64,000 nt of DNA, taken from positions 15,345-79,344 of the forward strand of contig DAIUCM010000002.1 of the NCBI GenBank assembly GCA_036846145.1, read 5' to 3'. The notes below the pieces were generated by a model, which searched no databases, had not been told where the DNA came from, and saw nothing but the letters and a program-made list of their open reading frames with translations. The position numbers were made by a program, and so were the translations under genes. This DNA comes from Bacteroidota bacterium. GTDB lineage: Bacteria > Bacteroidota > Bacteroidia > CAILMK01. Shown here in pieces: positions 29,705 through 38,924 of this stretch (within the stretch, counting starts at the first letter, position 1; each line of letters opens with the position of its first letter).

Positions 29705-30529
29705 AATCCTGACGCGTCGCATCAGGCTGTGTTGTTTGAGCCTTTCAGGCTCTGCGTGTTGCCGATCCTAAACAGGCTGAAGGCCTGAAACAACCCGGCA
29801 TGGGGCATCGCCCTATGAATTTCGCCCCATGGAAATCGTCTAATTATTTTCATATATCAATCATATGCAGTCATGTGATTGATACATCAATCATCTTCCC
29901 AAAAATATTTCGGATCATATTCTGCAACCTGATATTCTTTCATAAACAATGCAGTTTCTTCTTCAAAACTATGATGCTGATGATGCTCTTTTTGATTTTG
30001 GATATATTGAATTACAGATTGTAGTTTGGAAGCGCTTACCGAAAATGCGCCATATCCCTTCTGCCAGAAAAATGCTTCAACACCTTGTTCCTTCATCCAT
30101 TTCGACGATTGTTTTTTCAGTTCTTCTACAACCCTGGCCAACGTATAATTTTTCGACATTCGGAACAAAATATGCACATGATCCGGCATGGTGTTGATGG
30201 CCAATCCCATACACTGATATTGCTGCAACGTACCGGCCAGATAGCTATGCAACCTTTCTTCAATTTCCGGCAAAATCCATGGCTCCCTGTGCTTTGTGCC
30301 GAACATTAGATGAATGTATAGTTGCGATAAAGACTGAGACATTTGTGAGATGTTTATAGAAAGGGAATTTACAAAAATTGTATAAATCCTGGCGGTATTC
30401 ATTTGACAATTTCCATGGGGCGATGCCCCATGCTGGGTTGTTTCAGGCCTTCAGCATGTGATGCAGTGGTTATTACAAACAGAGCCTGAAGGGCTCAGAC
30501 AATACAGCCTGATGCATCGCATCAGGATT
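29705..30529. mobile_element. REPtron-like unit: RAYT gene flanked by ~125-bp inverted arrays of REP hairpins
   Basis: Left arm 29705-29838 and right arm 30407-30529 are reverse complements (aatcctgacgcgtcgcatcaggctgtgttgtttgagcctttcaggctctg...gctgaaggcctgaaacaacccggcatggggcatcgcc vs revcomp of right arm), each with >=2 hairpin modules. Confidence 0.75.
29887..30342 (-). CDS. REP-associated tyrosine transposase (RAYT; IS200/IS605 TnpA-like HUH Y1 enzyme)
   Basis: HUH motif DHVHILF; catalytic Tyr region SKLQSVIQYIQNQKEHH; N-terminus LYIHLMFGTKHR; ORF-track start 30402, probable start at MSQSLSQLYIH (30342). Confidence 0.8.
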   Translation of the reverse strand: MSQSLSQLYIHLMFGTKHREPWILPEIEERLHSYLAGTLQQYQCMGLAINTMPDHVHILFRMSKNYTLARVVEELKKQSSKWMKEQGVEAFFWQKGYGAFSVSASKLQSVIQYIQNQKEHHQHHSFEEETALFMKEYQVAEYDPKYFWEDD

Positions 30530-30615
30530 ATTTGGCTATTACGATGTTGTATAACAGTTAGTTACATTTCCATATATGCTTTGGCCAAAAAATGCCTTGA
30601 GTGGCGCAGAAAAAT

Positions 30616-31212
30616 TTACCCTCTCCTTCTCTCCAGCAAAATCATCATCATTAGGCTTAAAATAGCACGTTCTTCTTCATCTCCACTAAATTCCGCAAGT
30701 TTATTCACAGAGAATTTACGGCCGAAGAAGGAAGGTTCTTTTCTTAAGCGTGCAACGGCTTCACCGCTTTGCCTGGTAACAATGTACGATGGATTGAAAA
30801 GGTAACCGCTGAGCAATCCTACAATGGGAATTGATTCCAGCAACGCGTCGGCCACTTTTACCCAACCATTCTCTTCCTGTATAATCATATCCTGCGTTTG
30901 GTTGCGGTCGTAAATTTCATAGCGCGCTTTCCATAAGCTGGCCCAGCCTTTCCTTGCCACGCGGCCAATTTCCGTGCCTGCGTTATTCGTAAAGATATAG
31001 GCCGCCGAAAAATCTATCCACTTGTTTGCTTTAATTGTATAAAGCGTTTGAGATTTGGTTTCATTGTTATAAACCAATACTTCTTCTATAAATTTAAAAA
31101 GCTTCTGCTTAACAAAAAATACAGTTGAATTCGAAGCATCACTAATTACAAAATCATTGGAAAAAGTTGTGATCTTAAAGGTGAAATTCAGCGGGTATTT
31201 TAGTTGAGACAT
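30616..31212 (-). CDS. hypothetical protein (possible LURP-one-related/tubby-like DUF567 fold)
   Basis: 198 aa; no catalytic motif; composition and length consistent with DUF567. Confidence 0.35.
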   Translation of the reverse strand: MSQLKYPLNFTFKITTFSNDFVISDASNSTVFFVKQKLFKFIEEVLVYNNETKSQTLYTIKANKWIDFSAAYIFTNNAGTEIGRVARKGWASLWKARYEIYDRNQTQDMIIQEENGWVKVADALLESIPIVGLLSGYLFNPSYIVTRQSGEAVARLRKEPSFFGRKFSVNKLAEFSGDEEERAILSLMMMILLERRRG

Positions 31213-31301
31213 GTTTTGGTATATGATTATTTGGTGCCAATTTAGGCTTTATTAATCGAATTATTTTTTAATCGCCATATATACTCCGGCCAAAAAATGG
31301 G

Positions 31302-32225
31302 TTAATAACTCATATACCAGCCAAAAAGCTGCTTTATAATACTTTCTTTCTCATGCTGCAGGTGGGCGATAAATGCGGCTGCCGGCGGCGATAGTTTTTT
31401 ATCTTTCAACCAAACCAGGTTCCATGTAGAGGTTAACGGCAGGCCCTTCACCGGGATTATTTGTAAATGGTTGTTCTTTAGCTCATTTTTTATGCCGATA
31501 ATAGGCATAATGGAATACCCAAGGCCTGCAATTACAGCCTGTTTTACAGCTTCGTTAGATGTAAGCTCGAATTTTTTATGTACCGACAAAGTGTTGCTGG
31601 CAATAAACCTTTCCATTACCTGCCGCGTGGCGGAACCTTCCTCGCGGTAAATAAGCGGTATTTTTTCCAGTATGGCCGGCGTATAGGTTTTGCGCCCGAA
31701 TTTCTGCTCGCCATTGCCCACCAGCACCAGTTTGTTCTGCAGCAGCGGTATAACATTAAGCTGCAGGCTTGCCGGTAACAAAGAAACCAGCGAAAAATCT
31801 ACCTCGTTTTTTTCCAGGCTTTCCACCACGCGGGCCTTGTTGGTAACATCCAGCACCAGCTCCACGCCATCGTGCTTTTTAAGGAAGGACGACAAAAAAA
31901 ACGGAATTACATACTTGCCAGTTGAAACCACCGATATTTTCAGCCGGCCAAACAGCTTGCCTTTGTGCGCCAGCAGCTTGTAGTTGATGGCGTACACTTC
32001 GTTTAAAATATTCTCTGCGGCGGCAGCTATTTCTTTACCAAAATCTGTAATGTAAAGGCGTTTGTTTACCACCTCCGTAAGGGGAATATGAAACTGCTGC
32101 TGAAAATTTTTTAGCTGTATAGATACTGCCGGTTGCGTAAGATGAAGCTCTTCGGCAGCTTTGGTAATGCTTTGTGTCTGAGCAATTTTAAGGAATATGC
32201 GCAGCTGGTTGAGGGTGTAGTTCAT
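31302..32225 (-). CDS. LysR-family transcriptional regulator
   Basis: 307 aa; N-terminal HTH LNQLRIFLKIAQTQSITKAAEELHLTQPAVSIQLKNFQ; LysR substrate-binding domain. Confidence 0.85.
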   Translation of the reverse strand: MNYTLNQLRIFLKIAQTQSITKAAEELHLTQPAVSIQLKNFQQQFHIPLTEVVNKRLYITDFGKEIAAAAENILNEVYAINYKLLAHKGKLFGRLKISVVSTGKYVIPFFLSSFLKKHDGVELVLDVTNKARVVESLEKNEVDFSLVSLLPASLQLNVIPLLQNKLVLVGNGEQKFGRKTYTPAILEKIPLIYREEGSATRQVMERFIASNTLSVHKKFELTSNEAVKQAVIAGLGYSIMPIIGIKNELKNNHLQIIPVKGLPLTSTWNLVWLKDKKLSPPAAAFIAHLQHEKESIIKQLFGWYMSY

Positions 32226-32234
32226 AAATTTTGC

Positions 32235-32249
32235 TTATGCAATTCATAA
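32235..32249. promoter_or_regulatory. LysR-type T-N11-A dyad (TTATGCAATTCATAA) in divergent LysR/IDH promoter region
   Basis: Perfect dyad ttatg-caatt-cataa between divergently transcribed LysR gene and IDH-family gene. Confidence 0.45.
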
Positions 32250-32317
32250 CAAAGTTAAATAAAAGTTTATGAAAAATCTTTCCCAACTTTGTGCAATCAA
32301 TGCTAAACAAAACAAAC

Positions 32318-33760
32318 ATGGAACAAAAGAGAATTACAGTTGCAAAAGGCGATGGCATAGGCCCTGAAATTATGGATGCCACGCTGAAAATAATCCTGGC
32401 CGCCGGTGCGCAGCTTAAGATTGATGAAATAGAGATAGGCGAAAAGGTGTACCTCGCAGGCAATACTTCCGGCATTTCACGCGAATCCTGGGACATCATC
32501 CGCAGGAACAAAATTTTCCTTAAAGCGCCCATTACCACACCACAAGGTGGCGGCTATAAAAGCCTTAACGTTTCTGCACGCAAGTTTTTAGGGCTGTACG
32601 CCAATATAAGGCCCTGCACCAGCCTGCACCCTTTTGTAAAAACCAAGCACCCGGAAATGGACATTGTAATTGTACGCGAAAACGAGGAAGACCTGTATGC
32701 CGGTATAGAGCACCAGCAAACCGATGAAGTAATACAATGCCTGAAGCTGATAAGCCGCCCGGGATGCGAAAAGATTGTACGGTATGCGTTTGAATACGCT
32801 AAACAATACGGCCGCAAGAAAGTGAGCTGCTTCACCAAAGATAACATCATGAAGCAAACGGATGGCTTGTTCCACCAGGTGTTTAACGAAATAGCGGCAG
32901 AATACCCAGAAATAGAAAACGAACACTGGATTATAGATATTGGCGCCGCCATGCTGGCCGATACGCCCGAAGCCTTTGATGTAATTGTAACCCCTAATTT
33001 ATATGGCGATGTAGTATCGGATATTGCCGCGCAGATTGCCGGATCGGTAGGTCTGGCGGGTTCCTCTAACATTGGTGAGAGCTGTGCCATGTTCGAGGCC
33101 ATACATGGCTCGGCGCCTAAAATTGCAGGCCAGGATATAGCCAATCCCTCTGGCTTGCTACAAGGTGCCGTAATGATGCTGAACCACATAGGCCAGAGCC
33201 ATGTAGCCGAAAAAGTACACAACGCCTGGCTGAAAACCATTGAAGATGGCATCCACACTGCAGATATTTACAAAGAAGGCGTAAGCCAGCGCAAGGTGGG
33301 CACACAGGAATTTGCCGTGGCGGTTATTAAAAATTTAGGACAGCAGCCCGGTTATTTCAAACCTGTGCAGTACAGCGGCAATGCTGTAATAAACCTGCCA
33401 CAGTACAAACGCCGTAAACCCGGCCAGAAAGAACTCGTAGGCACCGATGTATTTGTGCATTGGAGCGGCCATAACGCCAACGAGCTGGCAGAAATAATGA
33501 AGAAGATAGAAAATGCTGCGCTGGAGCTTACCATGATTACCAACCGCGGCATAAAAGTATGGCCCGATGGCTTTGAAGAAACCTTTTGTACCGACCACTG
33601 GCGCTGCCGCTTTAAGCCCGCTAACGGCAAGCCGCTTACCAATAAAGATATTATAAACCTGCTGGCCGCCGCGGCAGACCATAATATAGATACAATAAAA
33701 ACGGAAAATCTCTACGCTTTTGACGGCCGGCAGGCCTTTTCGCTGGGGCAGGGGCAATAG
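32318..33760 (+). CDS. isocitrate/isopropylmalate dehydrogenase-family enzyme with C-terminal extension; probable NADP-isocitrate dehydrogenase
   Basis: ORF 32291-33760; conserved Iso_dh motifs (ITVAKGDGIGPEIMDA, SLNVSARKFLGLYANIRP, NLYGDVVSDIAAQIAGSVGLAGSSNIGE); ~130-aa C-terminal extra domain. Confidence 0.6.
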   Translation: MEQKRITVAKGDGIGPEIMDATLKIILAAGAQLKIDEIEIGEKVYLAGNTSGISRESWDIIRRNKIFLKAPITTPQGGGYKSLNVSARKFLGLYANIRPCTSLHPFVKTKHPEMDIVIVRENEEDLYAGIEHQQTDEVIQCLKLISRPGCEKIVRYAFEYAKQYGRKKVSCFTKDNIMKQTDGLFHQVFNEIAAEYPEIENEHWIIDIGAAMLADTPEAFDVIVTPNLYGDVVSDIAAQIAGSVGLAGSSNIGESCAMFEAIHGSAPKIAGQDIANPSGLLQGAVMMLNHIGQSHVAEKVHNAWLKTIEDGIHTADIYKEGVSQRKVGTQEFAVAVIKNLGQQPGYFKPVQYSGNAVINLPQYKRRKPGQKELVGTDVFVHWSGHNANELAEIMKKIENAALELTMITNRGIKVWPDGFEETFCTDHWRCRFKPANGKPLTNKDIINLLAAAADHNIDTIKTENLYAFDGRQAFSLGQGQ

Positions 33761-33833
33761 TGCCGGCCCCGGCTTTTCCCGGAAAAATCAATGAAAAAAA
33801 TTTACATATAACCAACTTTAAAAAAATACTTCT

Positions 33834-34154
33834 ATGCAAACTATACAGGCAGAAACAACAGGCAGAAACAACTCGCAGGAGCAAAGTTTCACCTTTAGGC
33901 TTATAGATGGTGAATTTGACCAGTACGACGCCAAAGAAATACTGATGACGCTGATTAAAAGCAAGATGAATTACCATAATCTTAAAAATTTTTCATCGGA
34001 AATACGCTATGGCCGGCCCGATGAGCATTCCCAAAAGCGCATGAGCGAGCTGAAAGAAACGCGTGAAGACCTGCTGGCATTGCTGAGCCATACCTTGTGC
34101 GAAGGCAAAACCCTGCAGATAAATTCAACCATAGAAATAAACATTTTGGACTAA
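33834..34154 (+). CDS. hypothetical protein
   Basis: 106-aa ORF directly upstream of the SbtA-like permease; not PII-like. Confidence 0.3.
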   Translation: MQTIQAETTGRNNSQEQSFTFRLIDGEFDQYDAKEILMTLIKSKMNYHNLKNFSSEIRYGRPDEHSQKRMSELKETREDLLALLSHTLCEGKTLQINSTIEINILD

Positions 34155-34205
34155 GGCTTTGAAAAATTTAAAGGAAAAACACCAACAAAATTTTTTAATC
34201 CTGAA

Positions 34206-35168
34206 ATGAACTTCAACCTCTTATTAGAGAACCTTACCAACCCGGCCCTGCTGTTTTTTTTGCTGGGCATTGTTGCCGTGAGTTTAAAAAGCGACCTGGA
34301 AATACCGCCCAATTCATCCAAATTCATATCGCTGTACCTTTTGTTCAGCATTGGTTTTAAAGGTGGGCAGGAGCTTTCGCATGAGCATTTTAACGGGGAA
34401 GTAGCGCTTTCCATGTTGTTTGGCCTGGCAGTTTCGGTTGTTATTCCGCTATACACTTTTTTTGTTGCCAAACGCAAGATGAATATTTTTGATGCTGGCG
34501 CCATTGCCGCAGCGTATGGCTCTATAAGCGCGGTAACTTTTGTAACAGCGGTAAGCTACCTGGAAACACGCCAGATGGTTGTTAGCGGGCACATGGTGGC
34601 TTTAATGGCCATGATGGAAGTGCCTGCCATTGTTACCGGGTTGCTGCTGATATCTATGTTTAATAAAGACGCTGCGGAAAAAGTAGATAACGTTTCGGCC
34701 ATAAAACACTCGCTAACAAACGGCAGCGTGCTGATGATTTTGGGCAGCTTGTTTATAGGCTTTATAGCCAATGCCAAGCAAGCGGAAGGCATAAAACCCT
34801 TTACCACAGATATTTTTAAGGGTTTCCTGGCTATTTTCCTGCTGGATATGGGCATTGCCAGCGGCCGCAAGCTGAATACTTTTTTATCGAACGGGTTTTT
34901 CCCGCTGGTTTTCGCTGTGGTGGTTCCTGTGCTAAATGGCTGTGCAGTAGCCCTGCTGAATGGTGCCGTAACGCACAGCATAAGCAGCAGGTTTATCCTG
35001 GCCATTTTGGCTGCCAGTGCTTCTTATATTGCTGTGCCTGCCGCTATGAAAATGGCTGTACCGAGGGCCAATCCTGGTGTATTTCTGCCTATGGCGCTGG
35101 CCATTACCTTCCCGGTAAATATTACCTTAGGCATGCCGCTATATTATTTAATTATACAATCTCTCTGA
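34206..35168 (+). CDS. sodium-dependent bicarbonate transporter-family permease (SbtA/DUF897-like)
   Basis: 320 aa, ~10 TM, two-fold internal symmetry; length and hydropathy match SbtA family. Confidence 0.55.
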   Translation: MNFNLLLENLTNPALLFFLLGIVAVSLKSDLEIPPNSSKFISLYLLFSIGFKGGQELSHEHFNGEVALSMLFGLAVSVVIPLYTFFVAKRKMNIFDAGAIAAAYGSISAVTFVTAVSYLETRQMVVSGHMVALMAMMEVPAIVTGLLLISMFNKDAAEKVDNVSAIKHSLTNGSVLMILGSLFIGFIANAKQAEGIKPFTTDIFKGFLAIFLLDMGIASGRKLNTFLSNGFFPLVFAVVVPVLNGCAVALLNGAVTHSISSRFILAILAASASYIAVPAAMKMAVPRANPGVFLPMALAITFPVNITLGMPLYYLIIQSL

Positions 35169-35186
35169 GTTCCTTTGTTTGTAGCA

Positions 35187-35224
35187 AGCCCGCCGGTTTC
35201 ATCTCTCCACCGGCGGGCTTTTTA
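35187..35224 (+). terminator. rho-independent terminator
   Basis: agcccgccgg-tttcatctctcca-ccggcgggc-ttttt. Confidence 0.7.
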
Positions 35225-35250
35225 CATATATAGGGTTGCCGGAAAATGCT

Positions 35251-36714
35251 TCAAATACGCAATCCCACCAGCACTTTTTCAATCTTACTTTTAATTTCTG
35301 CGGAAGAACAGGTGTAATTATTCACGATCAGCGCAAAGGCATATTTTTTATCGGCAGATGTATAGCCGGCATAACTTCTTACCCTGTCCATGTGGCCGCT
35401 TTTGGCGCGTAATTTTCCCGAAATGGCAGTTCCATCGCCCATGTTACGCATAGCGCCGCTTTCTCCCGCAACCGGCAAAGAATTATAAAAACTGCTGAAA
35501 TAAGTTTCTTTCTTTACAGATGCCAGCACAGCAGTTAATTGATTGGCCGTTATGGCGTTGTAATGCGATAATCCACTGCCGTCATTCATAAAAAAACCTT
35601 TCGCATCTACACCTTTACTTTTCCAGAATTGCGTAATGGCTTTTGCACCCGCTTCGGTAGAACCTTCGTTAAAAACCTTGTAGCCGCATTCTTTCAATAA
35701 ATGTTCCGCGTACAGGTTGATGCTTTTAAGGTTTGTATGATAGACAATGTCCTTTAGCGGCGGCGAAACTGTTGTATGCAGCGCAGGGAATTCCGGCTTA
35801 AACGGGCTGTTATTACCTTGATTAAGCTGGAAACCACGGTTTTTAAGTTCGTTTATTAAGCTTTCCACGCAAAAAGCAACAGGATTTGGCATAGCGCCTT
35901 TGACCTTAAAGCCTTTGCTGCCGGCCGGGATTGTGCCGCGAATAACAAAATTAGGATTGTTCGGAGCGCCAAAAATATAAGCGTTATCTCCGGAATTTGC
36001 CGGCCCTGCCTTCAGCTCGCTTATCAGTGTAAATTGCGGCAGTTTCGGGTTGATGTCAACAATTTCCACTTCGCTGCCGACTGTTGCCGGTGCATTTAAT
36101 GTAACCACATACGTATTTTCATTGATGGTTAAAGCACTGGCGCCCGAACCATAATAATTACCGATATCGTTCCAGGCCCAATTGGCGGGTTGCATGGCAT
36201 TTTCGTAGCGGTTGGTAATAGCCGAAATACTGCCAATTTTTTTCTGCGGAAATTTCTGGGTAATGGCATCGGCCCAGGATTTTACCAGCGCATCCGAACC
36301 CGACGAGCCTTTTACCCTGTCTGAACCCAAAGTCGGGTCGCCTCCGCCAATGATGAAAATATTGTTGCTAACAGAATCGTAAACGAGTTGCGTTTTAAAA
36401 GTATAATCTTCGCCCAAAATACCCAAAGCGGCTGCAGTAGTTACAATTTTTAAGCTGGAAGCCGGAATAATCGACTGGTTAGCGTTGTGCTCAAAAATAG
36501 CTTTTCCGGTTTCTGTATCTACCAAAGCAAAACCCACAGAAGCGTGCGCAAGTGCCGGATCGTTTATGAAGGTTTTGAATATTTGCCTGAATTTTTCTAG
36601 TTTATCAGAATCTGCAGGTGGAGAAATGGACGAGAAACCAATAAAGCAAAAGAGCAAAATCAGGCTAAACAAAGCATTTTTTCGGGTTCGTATATATGGA
36701 GAAGTTTGATCCAA
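35251..36714 (-). CDS. dacB: D-alanyl-D-alanine carboxypeptidase/endopeptidase (PBP4 family)
   Basis: 487 aa; signal peptide; SxxK active site in IIPASSLKIVTTAAALGIL; PBP4 fold length; annotated first 14 codons overlap a palindromic-motif instance. Confidence 0.8.
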   Translation of the reverse strand: MDQTSPYIRTRKNALFSLILLFCFIGFSSISPPADSDKLEKFRQIFKTFINDPALAHASVGFALVDTETGKAIFEHNANQSIIPASSLKIVTTAAALGILGEDYTFKTQLVYDSVSNNIFIIGGGDPTLGSDRVKGSSGSDALVKSWADAITQKFPQKKIGSISAITNRYENAMQPANWAWNDIGNYYGSGASALTINENTYVVTLNAPATVGSEVEIVDINPKLPQFTLISELKAGPANSGDNAYIFGAPNNPNFVIRGTIPAGSKGFKVKGAMPNPVAFCVESLINELKNRGFQLNQGNNSPFKPEFPALHTTVSPPLKDIVYHTNLKSINLYAEHLLKECGYKVFNEGSTEAGAKAITQFWKSKGVDAKGFFMNDGSGLSHYNAITANQLTAVLASVKKETYFSSFYNSLPVAGESGAMRNMGDGTAISGKLRAKSGHMDRVRSYAGYTSADKKYAFALIVNNYTCSSAEIKSKIEKVLVGLRI

Positions 36715-36760
36715 TTAAAAATTAAGAATTAAAAATTAAAAATGCCGTGATATGTTTTGT

Positions 36761-36905
36761 GTAGAGACGACATGCCTGGCGTCTCGTTGCCGCGAAATTG
36801 CGGTTTTCATATATGGTTTCGCTGAAAAATGCCTTCATTCAGTGACCAGTAATCAGTGACCAGTGCATCGTCGCGGCGTAGAGACGCCAGGCATGTCGTC
36901 TCTAC
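36761..36905. mobile_element. MITE-like family-2 element, copy 2 (TIRs GTAGAGACGACATGCCTGGCGTCTC / GAGACGCCAGGCATGTCGTCTCTAC)
   Basis: 25/25 perfect TIRs at 36761-36785 and 36881-36905; internal catatatgg..aaaaatgcc motif and CAGTGACCAGTAATCAGTGACCAG direct repeat; sits between dacB start and Fic-like gene stop. Confidence 0.75.
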
Positions 36906-36941
36906 AAAAACCACATAACGCACACCTCAAACCGCATTTCG

Positions 36942-38093
36942 CTAATACAGTACCTTGAAATCCAGGTGATAACGAATAGCTCTGCCGCCGCCGCGTTGTT
37001 CTACGAGGCCGAGCTCCAGCAAAGTGTTAAAATCGCGCTGAATGGTTTTTCGGTCGAGTTGGAAAACGGGAACAAGATCTTTGGTGGCAACGTAGCTGTA
37101 TTGCGCCATAATGGTCATGATATCGTGCTGTCGAGGCGTGAGATTTTTCAGCTTTTCTTTGTGCATGAAAAAGCCTTTTTCCAGCCAGAAATTCACTGCG
37201 TTTTTTTGTCGTGGTTTTAAGGTTTCGTACTCAAATTCTTGCTTTACAACGTTTATAAGCGTATTTTTAGCCTCTAAAATATTTTTGCGGAGCTTGTTGG
37301 TGCAGATTTCCAGGTAAGTGGTGAGATCGGTATCAAGCCTTTCCAGGTAATTCTGTTCGCCAAATAAATGCGCGGTTTGTACCAGGTAATTTGGGTTGAA
37401 AAAGATGTGTTTTTCTAAATTCAACAAACCAAACAAAGGCATTTTTGCATGATGCAATATATGGTGCGCGCCTAAAATGGCCAGAATTTCGTTGCTGTTG
37501 GCGAAGGGACGAATGGCGGTGAAAATATAGAAAAACAGAAAAGCCTTTACCGGCGCAGCTTCAGCTTCAGCTTCATCCGAAACCAAATCAAACAAACCGG
37601 AAATATATTTTTGCAATTCATCGTGTTCCGGCAATAAAACGCCTTCCTCAATAAACGAAAAAAGATTACGGCCATCTACGCGCAAACGGCCTGCTTCGTG
37701 CGCATCTTTTGTTTTCTGAACCAGTATTTTATGCGCCTGCTGCAACAGGTTCAATGTTAACGGCTGCGCGCTTTTATCTGCCAGGAAATCTATAGCCTGC
37801 TGTATGTTGCTGATCCATTGTTCCGATGCGGTTTCGGGTTCCTTGGCTCCTTCAATTACAGCGGGAATTTCGGCTTCATCGGGCGGCGCGAGCGGACTTT
37901 GCTTGTACATACTCAGCCGGCTGATGAGATTGGATTCCGTATCGGGCAAAAGCGTATCGGCATCCAGGTTATAATACGAGGCAAAAAGGCGCAATTCTTC
38001 CAGCTCCTCCGCCACCATTGCAAGCGCGGCAGGCAAAGTGTATTTCAACTGTAATTTTTTCCGTACCGCAACATTCTCCATTACCACAGCCAT
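36942..38093 (-). CDS. Fic/DOC-like protein with degenerate active-site motif and C-terminal winged-helix DNA-binding domain
   Basis: 383 aa; segment AIRPFANSNEILAILGAHHIL aligns to Fic HPFx(D/E)GNGRxxR with H,D,G,G,R replaced; C-terminal HTH (TPRQHDIMTIMAQYSYVATKDLVPVFQLDRKTIQRDFNTLLELGLV). Confidence 0.4.
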   Translation of the reverse strand: MAVVMENVAVRKKLQLKYTLPAALAMVAEELEELRLFASYYNLDADTLLPDTESNLISRLSMYKQSPLAPPDEAEIPAVIEGAKEPETASEQWISNIQQAIDFLADKSAQPLTLNLLQQAHKILVQKTKDAHEAGRLRVDGRNLFSFIEEGVLLPEHDELQKYISGLFDLVSDEAEAEAAPVKAFLFFYIFTAIRPFANSNEILAILGAHHILHHAKMPLFGLLNLEKHIFFNPNYLVQTAHLFGEQNYLERLDTDLTTYLEICTNKLRKNILEAKNTLINVVKQEFEYETLKPRQKNAVNFWLEKGFFMHKEKLKNLTPRQHDIMTIMAQYSYVATKDLVPVFQLDRKTIQRDFNTLLELGLVEQRGGGRAIRYHLDFKVLY

Positions 38094-38258
38094 ATATGTA
38101 TCTCACTAAAAATGCTTTCGAAAAATGGTCTTCTTTCAGAAACTGATATTTGTCACCCGTAGAACAGAACGCAAACTTAAAAAGAAATAGTATTGTTGCG
38201 TGTTGATACAGGTTCTATTTCAAAAATAGCAAATTTGTATAGCAATAAGAATAATTTT

Positions 38259-38774
38259 ATGCAGAAATCTACATCGCCGGAAACACAAAGCAAACTTGTG
38301 GAAGATATTTGGAAAGTGCTTGAAGAAGTGCCCGATCCGGAAATACCTACTTTAAGCGTTGTAGATCTGGGTATTGTAACCAAAGTAGAAGTTGCAGATG
38401 GCTATAAAGTAGATGTAACCATTACGCCGACTTTCAGCGGTTGCCCGGCCATAAACCACATGCGCGATACTGTAAAGGCGCGCATACAGCAACTATTACC
38501 CGATTTCGCCGTAACTGTAACCGTAGATTTCCAGACGCAATGGAACACGAATATGATCACCGATAAAGGCCGCGAAATCCTGAAAAATTTCGGTCTTGCT
38601 CCACCTAAAAAATATTCCGGCGAGCTGAGCGTAGATAGCATTGCCAACGTAAACTGCCCTTTCTGCAACAGCGAAAACACTACTTTAAATTCTCCTTTTG
38701 GCCCAACGCTTTGCAGATCTGTACATTATTGTTTCGATTGTCTGCAGGGTTTCGAGCAGTTTAAACCGCTTTAG
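38259..38774 (+). CDS. paaD: PaaD-type protein (MIP18/DUF59 Fe-S assembly domain + C-terminal zinc ribbon), stand-alone
   Basis: DIWKVLEEVPDPEIPTLSVVDLGIV......TPTFSGCPA and CPFCNSENT...CRSVHYCFDC closely match E. coli PaaD; ORF-track start 38193, probable start 38259. Confidence 0.7.
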   Translation: MQKSTSPETQSKLVEDIWKVLEEVPDPEIPTLSVVDLGIVTKVEVADGYKVDVTITPTFSGCPAINHMRDTVKARIQQLLPDFAVTVTVDFQTQWNTNMITDKGREILKNFGLAPPKKYSGELSVDSIANVNCPFCNSENTTLNSPFGPTLCRSVHYCFDCLQGFEQFKPL

Positions 38775-38924
38775 GGGAAGTTATGATTTATGGCTTATGA
38801 GTTATGAATTGGTTGGCGCGTATTTACGCGTGGCCGATATGAAAGCATTTTCTGAGGGTGTGATATATGGATTCCTAAAATATCTACACAACGTGAGTTC
38901 GAAAATTATCTTGTTGATAATCTT

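Noticed and set aside
29800-30024. 74-aa plus-strand ORF overlapping the RAYT gene and left REP arm
   Set aside because: It is antisense to the RAYT gene and starts inside the REP array, so it is spurious.
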